Of a stretch of 32,000 nucleotides of DNA, positions 1-8,848 are shown piece by piece. The translations under genes were made by a program, and so were the position numbers. The notes under the pieces are model-generated. The model was given only the letters and a program-made list of their open reading frames with translations. It was not told the origin of the DNA and made no database searches. This DNA comes from Pyrococcus kukulkanii (GTDB lineage: Archaea > Methanobacteriota_B > Thermococci > Thermococcales > Thermococcaceae): contig NZ_JARRIB010000002.1 of the NCBI RefSeq assembly GCF_041647995.1, forward strand, positions 280,432-312,431. The letters are read 5' to 3'. The stretch's first letter is position 1. Each line of letters opens with the position of its first letter.

Positions 1-2
1 GC

Positions 3-239
3 GCTCCTGCTACTTATCCACAAGAAGTTGTGCCCAGGGCTAACTTTGCCCTGGGGCTAATTTCAAACTCGGCCAATGCAATAGCTCCAACAATAACTGA
101 TATCCTAGCTAGACACAGTGAGACTTTGGCATTGGCTGAACTAACTTTAATGCCCCTGGTCGGTATAGCAACTCTCATAGTGGTTAGCAGGATGAAGCTA
201 CCCGTGGAGGAGTGCTCGTCTGATAAATGCGTACAATAA
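3..239 (+). CDS. Possible 3' end of a membrane protein gene entering from upstream of the window (partial)
   Basis: Plus frame 3 is open from the window edge to TAA at 237-239. The peptide has two hydrophobic segments (FALGLISNSANAIAPTITDILA; LMPLVGIATLIVVS). Composition is atypical for this genome and the ORF overlaps the convergent gene by 42 nt, so the call is weak. Confidence 0.25.
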   Translation, partial: APATYPQEVVPRANFALGLISNSANAIAPTITDILARHSETLALAELTLMPLVGIATLIVVSRMKLPVEECSSDKCVQ

Positions 240-608
240 AAAAGCAAAAGCCACTGCTATCCACGTTACCTCTAGGGGAACCTTAATTAAATAGAAGGCA
301 TATACGATAGTATAAAAGACCATGGAGGAACCTATAGCAGAGACAGCAGAAAGATAGTGATTAAATGGTGCTCTCTTCTTTTCCATTTCTCTAATTTCAA
401 GAGTTAGCAGGAGGAGGGCAATTATTGCAACACCCAGGAAATTAGTGATACCCGTGAGTATTAAGTATAACGCGAGTCCCATTGTTGCAACGATTCCAAG
501 GGTTGTAGAGGTGAGGGCTAAGGTTGAGATCAATATCGGCACCCATGGGTGAGGGAGCTTTATAACGAAGCCAAGAAAAACAAGCCAGGTAATTAGTGAG
601 TACTTCAT
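198..608 (-). CDS. Small polytopic membrane protein, last gene of the MoxR/DUF58 operon
   Basis: I place the start at the internal ATG 608 ([14 protein letters not shown]...), which forms an ATGA overlap with the TGA stop of the upstream DUF58 gene (605-607). A GGAGGTG SD lies just upstream. The protein has about 4 hydrophobic helices. The longer ORF-track start (761) would lie inside the DUF58 gene. Confidence 0.6.
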   Translation of the reverse strand: MKYSLITWLVFLGFVIKLPHPWVPILISTLALTSTTLGIVATMGLALYLILTGITNFLGVAIIALLLLTLEIREMEKKRAPFNHYLSAVSAIGSSMVFYTIVYAFYLIKVPLEVTWIAVAFAFLLYAFIRRALLHG

Positions 609-1837
609 AATTTTAACACCTCCATTATCGCCGATTTTAACGGGGTTTTCACATTCCAGTCGATTACTAGAGCGTACCTCTTTAGTCGTTTTAACCTTGC
701 TTTCCTCTTGAGGTCTAGGATCTTGAGGGCGAGTTCTTCCTCCTTTCCTTTTGCCTCCCATAAGGAATAGGGATTTGGACTTATTGCTACAACCTTATAA
801 CCAAATGTGTAAAGAAGTCTAAGGGATTCCTCGCTTTCTTGGGTTAAGAAAGGGGATATAAAGATTATCTGGGCTCTAGGAGGAATTTTTGTCCTTGCTA
901 AATGATCCACTTGATAAAAGATTAAGTTATTCTTGTCAGGTTTGGCCATGCTAAGTACATCTACGCACCTAAAGAAATGCCTTTTTCCGTAGTCAACGTT
1001 AACCCATATTGGAACCGCTTCAGATATCAGGAGACCAAAACTCATGCCATTTTCAAGGGCATCTAAAAGAATAGAAGCTGCTACTCTCATCATGTGGTCA
1101 AATATTTTTGTTGCTTTATATGTGGCATCGACTATAACAACAACATCAACCTTCCTCTCGCTTTCGTACTCATTAACCATTATTCTGCCAGACTTAGCGG
1201 TTGCTTTCCAATTTATGTACTTCATCGGATCCCCAGGATAGTATTCCCTTACGGCGTGAAATTCCAATCCCTCTCCAAGTCTTGGAGATGGAAGTGGGCC
1301 AACGGTAACCTTAGTCCCCTTGGTTATGTACGGAGTGATGATTTCCTCAAGCCTGGGAACTCCTACTATTTCATCGTAGACCTCTATTATTTTGTCCTCT
1401 TCAAAAAGACCGAAGGGATCAGTGTACACTATCCTTACCCCTAAAAATTCATGAAGACCTCTTGGAACCTTCACCCTATACGAGAATTCTTTTTCATCCC
1501 CATCAAAAGAAAATACGCCCCAGCTTTTGCCGGCTACTATCTTGAGAGCATCTGGGACTAAGTCCTCGACAAGGAGGGAATTTATCTTTGAGTTTGCCTT
1601 GATCTTTATAGTAATCTCAACTTCGCTCCCCTCTATAACCCGAGTGCCTGAGACTTCCCTCTTCACTTCAACATCTAAGACCGGCTTGTAAAAGAGGGAT
1701 GCAAAGAGAAATAACGTGAGAATTGGAAGGGTTAAAGCTATACCTTCCCATCTAACAAACAAGTAGGATGAAATCACTATTATCCATACAACAGAAAGTA
1801 GTCCATAGGCCTTTCCCGTGGGCTTCATACTCATCAC
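605..1837 (-). CDS. DUF58 family protein (MoxR-associated, degenerate vWA-like), N-terminal membrane anchor
   Basis: Hallmark DUF58 motif [46 protein letters not shown]. Two N-terminal TM helices. Start candidates GTG 1837, ATG 1834 and ATG 1828 all overlap or abut the MoxR stop at 1834-1836. Confidence 0.85.
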   Translation of the reverse strand: MMSMKPTGKAYGLLSVVWIIVISSYLFVRWEGIALTLPILTLFLFASLFYKPVLDVEVKREVSGTRVIEGSEVEITIKIKANSKINSLLVEDLVPDALKIVAGKSWGVFSFDGDEKEFSYRVKVPRGLHEFLGVRIVYTDPFGLFEEDKIIEVYDEIVGVPRLEEIITPYITKGTKVTVGPLPSPRLGEGLEFHAVREYYPGDPMKYINWKATAKSGRIMVNEYESERKVDVVVIVDATYKATKIFDHMMRVAASILLDALENGMSFGLLISEAVPIWVNVDYGKRHFFRCVDVLSMAKPDKNNLIFYQVDHLARTKIPPRAQIIFISPFLTQESEESLRLLYTFGYKVVAISPNPYSLWEAKGKEEELALKILDLKRKARLKRLKRYALVIDWNVKTPLKSAIMEVLKL

Positions 1838-2778
1838 TCAAACTTAGGTACTGGAACCCTCTCTAAGATCTTCCTAATTACACTCTCTTGACTTACCCTT
1901 GTGTACCAGAGCTCCCTTTTTAGTATAATCCTGTGGCTTAGTGCAGGTATTGCTACCTTCTTTACGTCATCTGGAATAACGTAATCCCTTCCCTCTATGG
2001 CTGCGTAAGCCCTTGAAAGCTTTAGCAGGGCTAAGCTACCTCGAGGAGAAACTCCAACTTCGATGTCCCTTTTATCTTCCCTCGTCGCCCAAACTATGGA
2101 GGTTATGTACTCTATTATGGCTTCACTTACGTAAACATCCTCTACTTCACGTTGCATTTCAATAACTTCCTCGGCACTCACGACGGGATTTATGTCTACC
2201 TCTTCCTTCTTTCTTTCTATCCTCCTCCTTAGTATTTCTTTTTCGTCCTCCTTACTAGGATAGCCAATCCTTAATCTCACAAGGAACCTATCTAATTGAG
2301 CCTCGGGCAGAGGGTACGTTCCCTCCTGCTCTATTGGGTTTTGGGTTGCTATAACTATGAAAGGCCTTGGCAGGGGGTACGTTTTTCCCTCTATTGTTAC
2401 CTGCTTTTCTTGCATCGCCTCTAGAAGGGCTGATTGCGTCTTTGGTGGTGCCCTGTTTATCTCATCCGCAAGAAGAACATTAGTGAATATTGGCCCCCTC
2501 CTAAACTCGAACTCGAGGGTCTTTTGGTTGAATACGTTAACCCCAAGAATGTCGCTTGGGAGTAAATCGGGGGTAAATTGAACCCTTTTGAAATCTAAGC
2601 CTAAAGCTCTGGCAAAGCTCTTGGCCATTAATGTCTTCGCGAGTCCTGGGAGATCCTCTATTAGGACGTGGCCGTCTGCAAGTATTGTTGCAAGCATTAA
2701 CTTAAGAACATCATCTTTTCCAACTATGGCCCTTTTAACTTCCTCTAATATCATTTCGGCCTTCTTGTGCACTTTCAT
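1834..2778 (-). CDS. moxR: MoxR-family AAA+ ATPase
   Basis: Walker A variant [14 protein letters not shown], Walker [24 protein letters not shown], and the C-terminal [10 protein letters not shown] motif typical of the MoxR/RavA clade. ATG 2778 overlaps the upstream stop as ATGA. Confidence 0.92.
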   Translation of the reverse strand: MKVHKKAEMILEEVKRAIVGKDDVLKLMLATILADGHVLIEDLPGLAKTLMAKSFARALGLDFKRVQFTPDLLPSDILGVNVFNQKTLEFEFRRGPIFTNVLLADEINRAPPKTQSALLEAMQEKQVTIEGKTYPLPRPFIVIATQNPIEQEGTYPLPEAQLDRFLVRLRIGYPSKEDEKEILRRRIERKKEEVDINPVVSAEEVIEMQREVEDVYVSEAIIEYITSIVWATREDKRDIEVGVSPRGSLALLKLSRAYAAIEGRDYVIPDDVKKVAIPALSHRIILKRELWYTRVSQESVIRKILERVPVPKFE

Positions 2779-3170
2779 TTTACCTCCTCCTCTAATAACC
2801 TCAAAGACTTTTCCAACCCATTTATGAAATTTTCATGTTCATCTAGCACCTTTAACCCCTCAGGGGGATTTTCTCTAAGCTGAGGATATTCATATCCTAG
2901 AAGGTGGTACGCTTCGAGTATGTGATCCCTTATTATCTTCCTAGAAACTTCGCTGTACCTTGACCTTGCGACTATTTTAGCGAGTCTCCTAATCTCCTCC
3001 TCACTAAAACTTTCTTGCCTCGGTCTCCTTAATTTGGGCTCCCACCCTTCTATGGAATACACAAATAATATTGTTGCAGTGAGTACCGCAAATATCCATC
3101 TAATAACGTACGAACCCGCAAGGATGGCTAGGAGAGCAGTAATTAAGGGAATCAGTAGCTTACTCCTCAC
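2775..3170 (-). CDS. Membrane-anchored protein of unknown function (MoxR operon)
   Basis: GTG start at 3170 lies inside the 3' end of the upstream gene (stop 3160-3162). Two N-terminal TM helices are followed by a charged helical tail. No family recognised. Confidence 0.55.
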   Translation of the reverse strand: MRSKLLIPLITALLAILAGSYVIRWIFAVLTATILFVYSIEGWEPKLRRPRQESFSEEEIRRLAKIVARSRYSEVSRKIIRDHILEAYHLLGYEYPQLRENPPEGLKVLDEHENFINGLEKSLRLLEEEVK

Positions 3171-3960
3171 CTTTAATCACCATGTAAAGCCTGTACGCTC
3201 TCTTTGCATCCTCTAATGTAACTTTCTCTGGAGCATATTTAGCTTTTTCAAACAACTTAGCTAATTCCACATAGGCTTTCCTCTTATACATCACTTTCTC
3301 TGCATGCTCCCAATGGGTCCAGCTTTCCTTGTATGGTATCCCAAGCATCTCAAGCCATAGAACGGCCTTTTTATAGAGCTCTATGACGGCCTCTCTGGGA
3401 TTGGAAAATAAGTCAAGCCCTTTCTCTTCAAGCTTTTTATCGAACTCTTGTAGGTGTTTTTTGACCTCTCTTTTCTTCCTAACTTCTCTCAGTTCACTAG
3501 TCGTATTAATTAGGCCTAAAACGAAAACAAAGATAAGTAGTAGGACTGGTAAGTAAAATAATATTGGAGAGGAGTATTTCTGGTGTAAGAGGGACGGCGG
3601 TATAACAGTAGCGTTTGTCATTGTGACATTACTGACTTCCTTTAAGTTCCTTAAGCTCTTAAGATATGGCAATAATTTGGCAATTAAGAGAAAATAGAAG
3701 GCAACAAGAATAGATGATGTAAGTAATAGGAGTATCTCCCTAAATTTTATAGAAGCTTCCTTGCTTTTCCTAATTAGATCCTTATCCCTGACAGATAAGG
3801 CCAAAAAGAGCAATAAGACTCCCAGGAAAATGTAAACTACCACAAGTATGTCAACTAGAATCTCAAGGCTAAATGTTCTCCATTGGCTATGAACCCCGCT
3901 ACCTATGAGCCCCATTCCAATTAATAGCAGGATAAAGAATAATAGCTCAAGCTTCCTCAT
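3160..3960 (-). CDS. Polytopic membrane protein with C-terminal DUF4129-like domain (first gene of MoxR operon)
   Basis: About 5 TM helices, then a C-terminal helical domain (ELYKKAVLWLEMLGIPYKESWTHWEHAEKV...LAKLFEKAKYAPEKVTLEDAKRAY). This resembles DUF4129, a domain commonly found in MoxR/DUF58 neighbourhoods. Confidence 0.65.
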   Translation of the reverse strand: MRKLELLFFILLLIGMGLIGSGVHSQWRTFSLEILVDILVVVYIFLGVLLLFLALSVRDKDLIRKSKEASIKFREILLLLTSSILVAFYFLLIAKLLPYLKSLRNLKEVSNVTMTNATVIPPSLLHQKYSSPILFYLPVLLLIFVFVLGLINTTSELREVRKKREVKKHLQEFDKKLEEKGLDLFSNPREAVIELYKKAVLWLEMLGIPYKESWTHWEHAEKVMYKRKAYVELAKLFEKAKYAPEKVTLEDAKRAYRLYMVIKGEE

Positions 3961-4067
3961 TGATCTTATAATAAACCGCGCTCAGTTTAAACTTTTCTAA
4001 TGGTGCAATTATTTTCACTTATGACAAAACAGAGACAAGTAAGTCTTAAATATGGCATTTTATAATA

Positions 4068-5654
4068 ATGAACTTCGATAGTCAACATGGGGGTGCATTG
4101 ATGGGCGGAATTATGGACTTCGTTAATTGGCTGGACGGCGAGGTTTGGGGACCGCCAATGATAGTCTTGCTGGTAGGTACTGGACTGCTATTGACAACAG
4201 TGCTCAAGGGAATACAGTTCAGAAGGTTAGGATGGTCAATTAGGTACACGCTCTTCCAGGGAAGAAAAAAGACAGGCGAGGGCGATATTACACCATTTCA
4301 GGCTTTAATGGCCACTATCTCAGGAACGGTAGGAATTGGTAACATAGCTGGAGTTGCGACTGCAATTCACTTCGGTGGTCCTGGGGCACTCTTCTGGATG
4401 TGGATCACCGCATTAGTGGGAATGACCACAAGGTACTCAGAAGGACTTTTGGGAGTTGCATTCAGAGGCAAACTACCAGATGGAACGATGATCGGAGGAA
4501 CGTTCAACTTCCTTGAGAGGGGATTTTCAGAGGTCAAGGGGACTGGAACTAGTAGGGTTATAGCCTCAATAATGACGATATTATTTGCAATCTTTATCGC
4601 AAAAGATGGACTTGGTCTCACTGGAGGTCTCAAAATTCTAGCGTTTATCATAGCGATACTATTCGCAGCACTTGGCCTTGCACTGCTAAGGGAGGACTAT
4701 CTACCCACAGTTGGTAAGATCTTGGCAGTGCTGTTTGCTCTGTTTGCAGCAATTGCTGCATTCGGTATTGGTAACATGACACAGGCAAATTCAGTCGCCG
4801 ATGCCATTGAATCAGCATTCGGAGTTCCTGATTGGGTTACGGGATTAGCACTAGCGGTTCTAACCTTCGTAGTAGTTATCGGTGGTATCAAGAGAATCGG
4901 TGAAGTTGCCGAGATGCTAGTTCCATTCATGGCTATAATCTACTTCCTCTTCGCGATTGGAGTTTGGATTAAGTTTGCAGGCCAGATACCAAGTGCAATT
5001 GCAACCGTATTCAAGGACGCATTTACAGGGAAGGCAGTTGCTGGCGGTGCCATAGGGCAGGTTATAATCTGGGGTGTTAAGAGAGGTCTCTTCTCCAATG
5101 AGGCTGGTCTTGGAACGGCAACCCTCGCCCACGCTGCAGCTAGAACCGACCATCCCTCTAGGCAGGCTCACGTTGCTATGCTTGGCCCATTCATTGACAC
5201 CCTGATAATATGTTCGCTCACGGGAATAAGCATAGTAGTCACCGGAGCTTACGCAAAGTACCCAGACCTAAACGGTGCACCCCTCACCCAGGCAGCTTTT
5301 GCTGAGGCGTTCGGACAGATAGGAAAGATAATGGTGGCAATAGGAATAGTGCTCTTCGCGTACTCGACGATCCTAGCGTGGTCATTCTACGGAAGGCAGA
5401 ACGTCATGTACCTAGCCAAGTGGATCACCCAGGATCCAAACAAGTTCGCCAACCTCTATCCAAAGCTCCACCTCATCTACAACCTACTCTTCGTGATCTT
5501 CATCTACATCGGTGCCGTTAAGCCACTTGAGGACGTCTGGAACTTCTCAGATATGATGAACGGGCTAATGGCGATTCCAAATCTCATTGGACTAATAGTC
5601 CTGTACCCAGTAATCAAGCACTATACGGAGGACTTCATATCTAAGAACCCATAA
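4068..5654 (+). CDS. Alanine/glycine:cation symporter (AGCS family)
   Basis: About 11 TM segments and AGCS-like blocks (FQALMATISGTVGIGNIAGVATAI, GGPGALFWMW, GLFSNEAGLGTA). A TATA-like ttttataata abuts ATG 4068, so the true start may be the in-frame ATG at 4101 or 4113 (MDFVNWLDGEVWGPP). Confidence 0.88.
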   Translation: MNFDSQHGGALMGGIMDFVNWLDGEVWGPPMIVLLVGTGLLLTTVLKGIQFRRLGWSIRYTLFQGRKKTGEGDITPFQALMATISGTVGIGNIAGVATAIHFGGPGALFWMWITALVGMTTRYSEGLLGVAFRGKLPDGTMIGGTFNFLERGFSEVKGTGTSRVIASIMTILFAIFIAKDGLGLTGGLKILAFIIAILFAALGLALLREDYLPTVGKILAVLFALFAAIAAFGIGNMTQANSVADAIESAFGVPDWVTGLALAVLTFVVVIGGIKRIGEVAEMLVPFMAIIYFLFAIGVWIKFAGQIPSAIATVFKDAFTGKAVAGGAIGQVIIWGVKRGLFSNEAGLGTATLAHAAARTDHPSRQAHVAMLGPFIDTLIICSLTGISIVVTGAYAKYPDLNGAPLTQAAFAEAFGQIGKIMVAIGIVLFAYSTILAWSFYGRQNVMYLAKWITQDPNKFANLYPKLHLIYNLLFVIFIYIGAVKPLEDVWNFSDMMNGLMAIPNLIGLIVLYPVIKHYTEDFISKNP

Positions 5655-5731
5655 CGTTTGTCACTTTTCCAACTTTTTTCGCTTAACTTTATATTTTTTG
5701 CCTCCATAATATTTCTCCGAGATGATGCATT

Positions 5732-7105
5732 ATGGAGTACCCTAAGATCGTGGTCAAACCCCCTGGGCCAAAGGCAAAGGAGCTTATTGAGAGAGAAAGG
5801 AAGGTGTTATCGACCGGAATTGGAGTCAAATTATTCCCCTTAGTTCCCAGGCGGGGATTTGGGCCATTTATAGAGGATGTCGATGGTAACGTATTCATAG
5901 ACTTCTTGGCAGGAGCTGCTGCCGCGTCCACGGGATACGCTCATCCGAAGCTTGTGAGGGCAGTTCAGGAGCAAGTAGAGCTAATTCAACACTCGATGAT
6001 AGGTTACACCCACAATGAAAGGGCAATAAGGGTTGCCGAAAAACTGGCAAAGATCTCGATAATAAAGAACCCCAAGATAATATTCGGGCTAAGCGGGAGC
6101 GATGCCGTGGATATGGCAATTAAAGTTTCGAAGTTTTCAACGAGGAGGCCATGGATACTGGCCTTCATAGGCGCATATCATGGGCAGACCTTTGGGGCAA
6201 CCTCCATAGCGTCCTTCCAAGTCTCCCAGAAGAGGGGTTATTCTCCATTGATGCCCCAAGTGTTCTGGCTTCCCTACCCTAACCCCTACAGGAACGTGTG
6301 GGGAATTAACGGTTACGAGGAGCCCGATGAGCTTGTAAACAGGTTCCTTGACTACCTCGAAAACTATGTGTTCGCCCACGTTGTTCCTCCGGATGAAGTT
6401 GCTGCCCTCTTTGCTGAACCAATTCAGGGCGATGCGGGAATAGTTGTCCCGCCGGAGAACTTCTTCAAGAAGCTAAAGCCGATCCTTGAGGAGCATGGAA
6501 TTCTTTTGGTCATGGATGAAGTTCAGACAGGAATAGGAAGGACTGGAAAGTGGTGGGGAAGTGAGTGGTTCGAGGTTGAGCCTGATTTAATGATCTTTGG
6601 CAAAGGCGTTGCAAGCGGAATGGGTCTAAGTGGGGTCATTGGAAAGGAAGAGCTAATGGAAATGACAAGCGGTTCCGCTCTGCTTACACCAGCCGCAAAT
6701 CCGGTGATATCAGCAGCTGCTGAGGCCACTTTAGAAATAATAGAGGAGGAAAAACTGTTAGAGAATACCCTGAAGGTTGGAGAGTTTATAATGAAAAGAC
6801 TAAGGGAGATGCAGGAGAGGTACGAGATAATAGGCGACGTCAGGGGAAAAGGACTAATGATAGGGGTGGAGATAGTTAAAGAAGGAGGTAAGCCAGACCC
6901 AGAAATGACAGGGAAGATCTGCTGGAGGGCATTCGAGCTTGGCCTAATCCTGCCAAGCTATGGAATGTTTGGGAACGTGATAAGAATAACCCCACCACTC
7001 GTCCTAACCCAGGAAGTTGCAGAGAAGGCCTTGGAGATAATTGAGCAGGCGATCAAGGATGCTATGGCTGGAAAAGTTGAGAGGAAAGTTGTAACATGGC
7101 ACTAG
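5732..7105 (+). CDS. Class III PLP-dependent aminotransferase-fold enzyme (annotated type: 4-aminobutyrate aminotransferase; could be an amino-acid racemase)
   Basis: Class III signatures GSDAVDMAIK, LVMDEVQTGIGRTGKWW and the PLP-lysine block DLMIFGKGVASG. Full length of 457 aa. Confidence 0.9.
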   Translation: MEYPKIVVKPPGPKAKELIERERKVLSTGIGVKLFPLVPRRGFGPFIEDVDGNVFIDFLAGAAAASTGYAHPKLVRAVQEQVELIQHSMIGYTHNERAIRVAEKLAKISIIKNPKIIFGLSGSDAVDMAIKVSKFSTRRPWILAFIGAYHGQTFGATSIASFQVSQKRGYSPLMPQVFWLPYPNPYRNVWGINGYEEPDELVNRFLDYLENYVFAHVVPPDEVAALFAEPIQGDAGIVVPPENFFKKLKPILEEHGILLVMDEVQTGIGRTGKWWGSEWFEVEPDLMIFGKGVASGMGLSGVIGKEELMEMTSGSALLTPAANPVISAAAEATLEIIEEEKLLENTLKVGEFIMKRLREMQERYEIIGDVRGKGLMIGVEIVKEGGKPDPEMTGKICWRAFELGLILPSYGMFGNVIRITPPLVLTQEVAEKALEIIEQAIKDAMAGKVERKVVTWH

Positions 7106-7630
7106 CTACTTCTTCTTCCTCTTCCTAATTTTTATTCTAGCTATGTCTCCTAGAGTTGGCTCGTAGTCCTTGGGGATTAGAGGCCTTTGTTCGAAGTCGG
7201 CTTCGACTTTTTCAATGAGCTTTATCTTGAAGAACTTTTCAAGCTTCCTAGCCTCTTCAATTGTTGGCGTGTACTCCCCGTGGGCTATTCTCCTTAGTAC
7301 GTTAACCGAGAGACCAACTTTATGGGAGAGCTCTTCATAACTCAGCCCGCTCTTCCTTATCGCCTCCATTACCTTTTCAGCGTAATCCTCAACGATGTCC
7401 TCGGTTATCAACGGCCTCTCCCTTTTCACCTGGGGCTTGGGCCTTGGAGTTGAGATTCTCCTCGTTGGCTCCCTCCTTGGCATTATGCTAAAGGTTCCAG
7501 GCTTCCTTCCGTACTTCCTGTAGCACTCATCACAAACCAAAAGTTCGGCACCTTCAATCCTTATAACGTGCCCCTGCCCCCTTATCTCCCTTCCACAAAG
7601 CTCACAGTACCTTGGCTTAGCCTTAGCCAT
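7106..7630 (-). CDS. mbf1: Archaeal multiprotein bridging factor 1 (aMBF1): zinc ribbon plus Cro/C1-type HTH
   Basis: N-terminal CELCG...CDEC zinc ribbon and a C-terminal HTH (EELSHKVGLSVNVLRRIAHGEYTPTIEEARKLEKFF). I prefer ATG 7630 (MAKAKPRYCELCG) over the longer ORF-track start. Confidence 0.85.
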   Translation of the reverse strand: MAKAKPRYCELCGREIRGQGHVIRIEGAELLVCDECYRKYGRKPGTFSIMPRREPTRRISTPRPKPQVKRERPLITEDIVEDYAEKVMEAIRKSGLSYEELSHKVGLSVNVLRRIAHGEYTPTIEEARKLEKFFKIKLIEKVEADFEQRPLIPKDYEPTLGDIARIKIRKRKKK

Positions 7631-7680
7631 GACTTTCCCCATTAAGCCTTTTAAGTTGGGCATTAAAAAACATAGTGGCC

Positions 7681-7735
7681 AGCGATGATGAGAGCGAACT
7701 GCACTGAAAAGTGATGACAGGGCCTTGCTGAGCGT
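7681..7735 (+). ncRNA. C/D box sRNA (2'-O-methylation guide)
   Basis: All four boxes are present in canonical order:
- C box aTGATGA at 7685-7691
- 12-nt guide at 7692-7703
- D' box CTGA at 7704-7707
- 3-nt linker
- C' box gTGATGA at 7711-7717
- 10-nt guide at 7718-7727
- D box CTGA at 7728-7731
The element is intergenic between mbf1 and the glycosylase gene. A TATA-like TTTTAAGT at 7649-7656 sits about 27 nt upstream. End coordinates are approximate. Confidence 0.7.
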
Positions 7736-7742
7736 GATTGAG

Positions 7743-8555
7743 ATGATCGATCTGAAGAAAACGACGCATGAGATGATAAAGAATGGGACGTGGAAGTACG
7801 AGGGAGGAGTGTTCTGGCAAGCTTTGCCTCAGGGCATAGTTGGTTACGATGGAGACTTCATAGTTCCCGAGAATCTCTCACGAAGAGAGAGGAAGGAGGT
7901 CATGGAAAAGATAAGGTTTATCCTTGGGCTTGATACAGATTTAGATTCCTTTTACTCCGAGATAAGCGACTCAAAGTTCGCGTTTTTGATTGAGGAATTT
8001 TATGGCTTGACGATTCCTGGGGCTCCAAGCTTGTATCAGGCGATCGTTGAGGTTATAGCCCAGCAGCAGATAAGCTTTGAGTTCGCGCAGAAGGCAATCT
8101 ACAACCTGGTGAGGCTAGTTGGGAGGAAAATTGGTGATCTCTATTTATTTCCAGAACCCCAGGACATCCTTTCCTTGGGAGATAAAATCAGGGAGGCAAA
8201 GCTTGGTTACAGAGCTAACTACATCCTTTCCGTAACTCGGGAGTTCATTAAGGGAAATTTGAGGCTTGATCTATGGGAGTTGAATGAAGAGGAGGCAATA
8301 AGATACCTAACGAAGTTCAAGGGCATTGGAAAGTGGAGTGCGGAGCTGTTCCTAATGTACGGGCTTAGAAAGAACGTTTATCCGGCTGGAGATTTAGGTC
8401 TGAGAAGGGGAATAGCCAAGATATTTGGGCTGAGGGTGAAGGATGTGAAAGAGAAGGACGTTAGGGAGATTATAGAGCCCTATGGGAAGTGGAAGTCTCT
8501 TCTGGCGTTCTACATATTATGCTATGATAGAAAAACCCAGGGGGTGAGAAAATGA
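7743..8555 (+). CDS. HhH-GPD DNA glycosylase (AlkA-like 3-methyladenine DNA glycosylase II)
   Basis: Helix-hairpin-helix LTKFKGIGKWSAELFLMYGL followed by the catalytic-Asp loop YPAGDLGLRRG. I prefer ATG 7743 because the TTG 7725 and GTG 7734 extensions would overlap the sRNA D box. Confidence 0.8.
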   Translation: MIDLKKTTHEMIKNGTWKYEGGVFWQALPQGIVGYDGDFIVPENLSRRERKEVMEKIRFILGLDTDLDSFYSEISDSKFAFLIEEFYGLTIPGAPSLYQAIVEVIAQQQISFEFAQKAIYNLVRLVGRKIGDLYLFPEPQDILSLGDKIREAKLGYRANYILSVTREFIKGNLRLDLWELNEEEAIRYLTKFKGIGKWSAELFLMYGLRKNVYPAGDLGLRRGIAKIFGLRVKDVKEKDVREIIEPYGKWKSLLAFYILCYDRKTQGVRK

Positions 8556-8848
8556 GGATTAGCGAGTTTCAAGAGATGATCAAGGAGATTTACTATCACA
8601 AGGATAAGAAGAGAGGGGTTGAGAGAACGTTCTTCTGGTTCGTTGAGGAGGTTGGGGAATTAGCTGAAGCATTAAGAAAGAACGATAGGGAGGCCTTGGA
8701 AGAGGAATTTGCCGATGTTTTGGCTTGGCTTGCGAGTTTAGCTAACCTAGTGGGAATAGATTTGGAGGAAGCTGCGAAGAAGAAGTATCCTGGGGTGTGT
8801 CCATATTGTGGGAAAAAGCCTTGCGAGTGTCCGGAGGATTTATTATAG
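8552..8848 (+). CDS. MazG-like nucleotide pyrophosphohydrolase (small, all-alpha) with C-terminal Cys knuckle
   Basis: EExxE metal-binding motifs (FVEEVGELAEAL; EEEFADVLAWL). C-terminal CPYCGKKPCEC. ATG 8552 overlaps the glycosylase TGA as ATGA. Confidence 0.85.
   Translation: MRISEFQEMIKEIYYHKDKKRGVERTFFWFVEEVGELAEALRKNDREALEEEFADVLAWLASLANLVGIDLEEAAKKKYPGVCPYCGKKPCECPEDLL

Noticed and set aside
14-247. 77-aa minus-strand ORF at the window start
   Set aside because: Atypical composition and no SD or TATA context. It would also overlap the end of the 198-608 gene. I kept only the plus-frame partial ORF, at low confidence.
7725-7742. TTG 7725 or GTG 7734 as the start of the glycosylase gene
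   Set aside because: Both would place the start inside the D guide and D box of the C/D sRNA. ATG 7743 is the first ATG and gives a plausible N-terminus.
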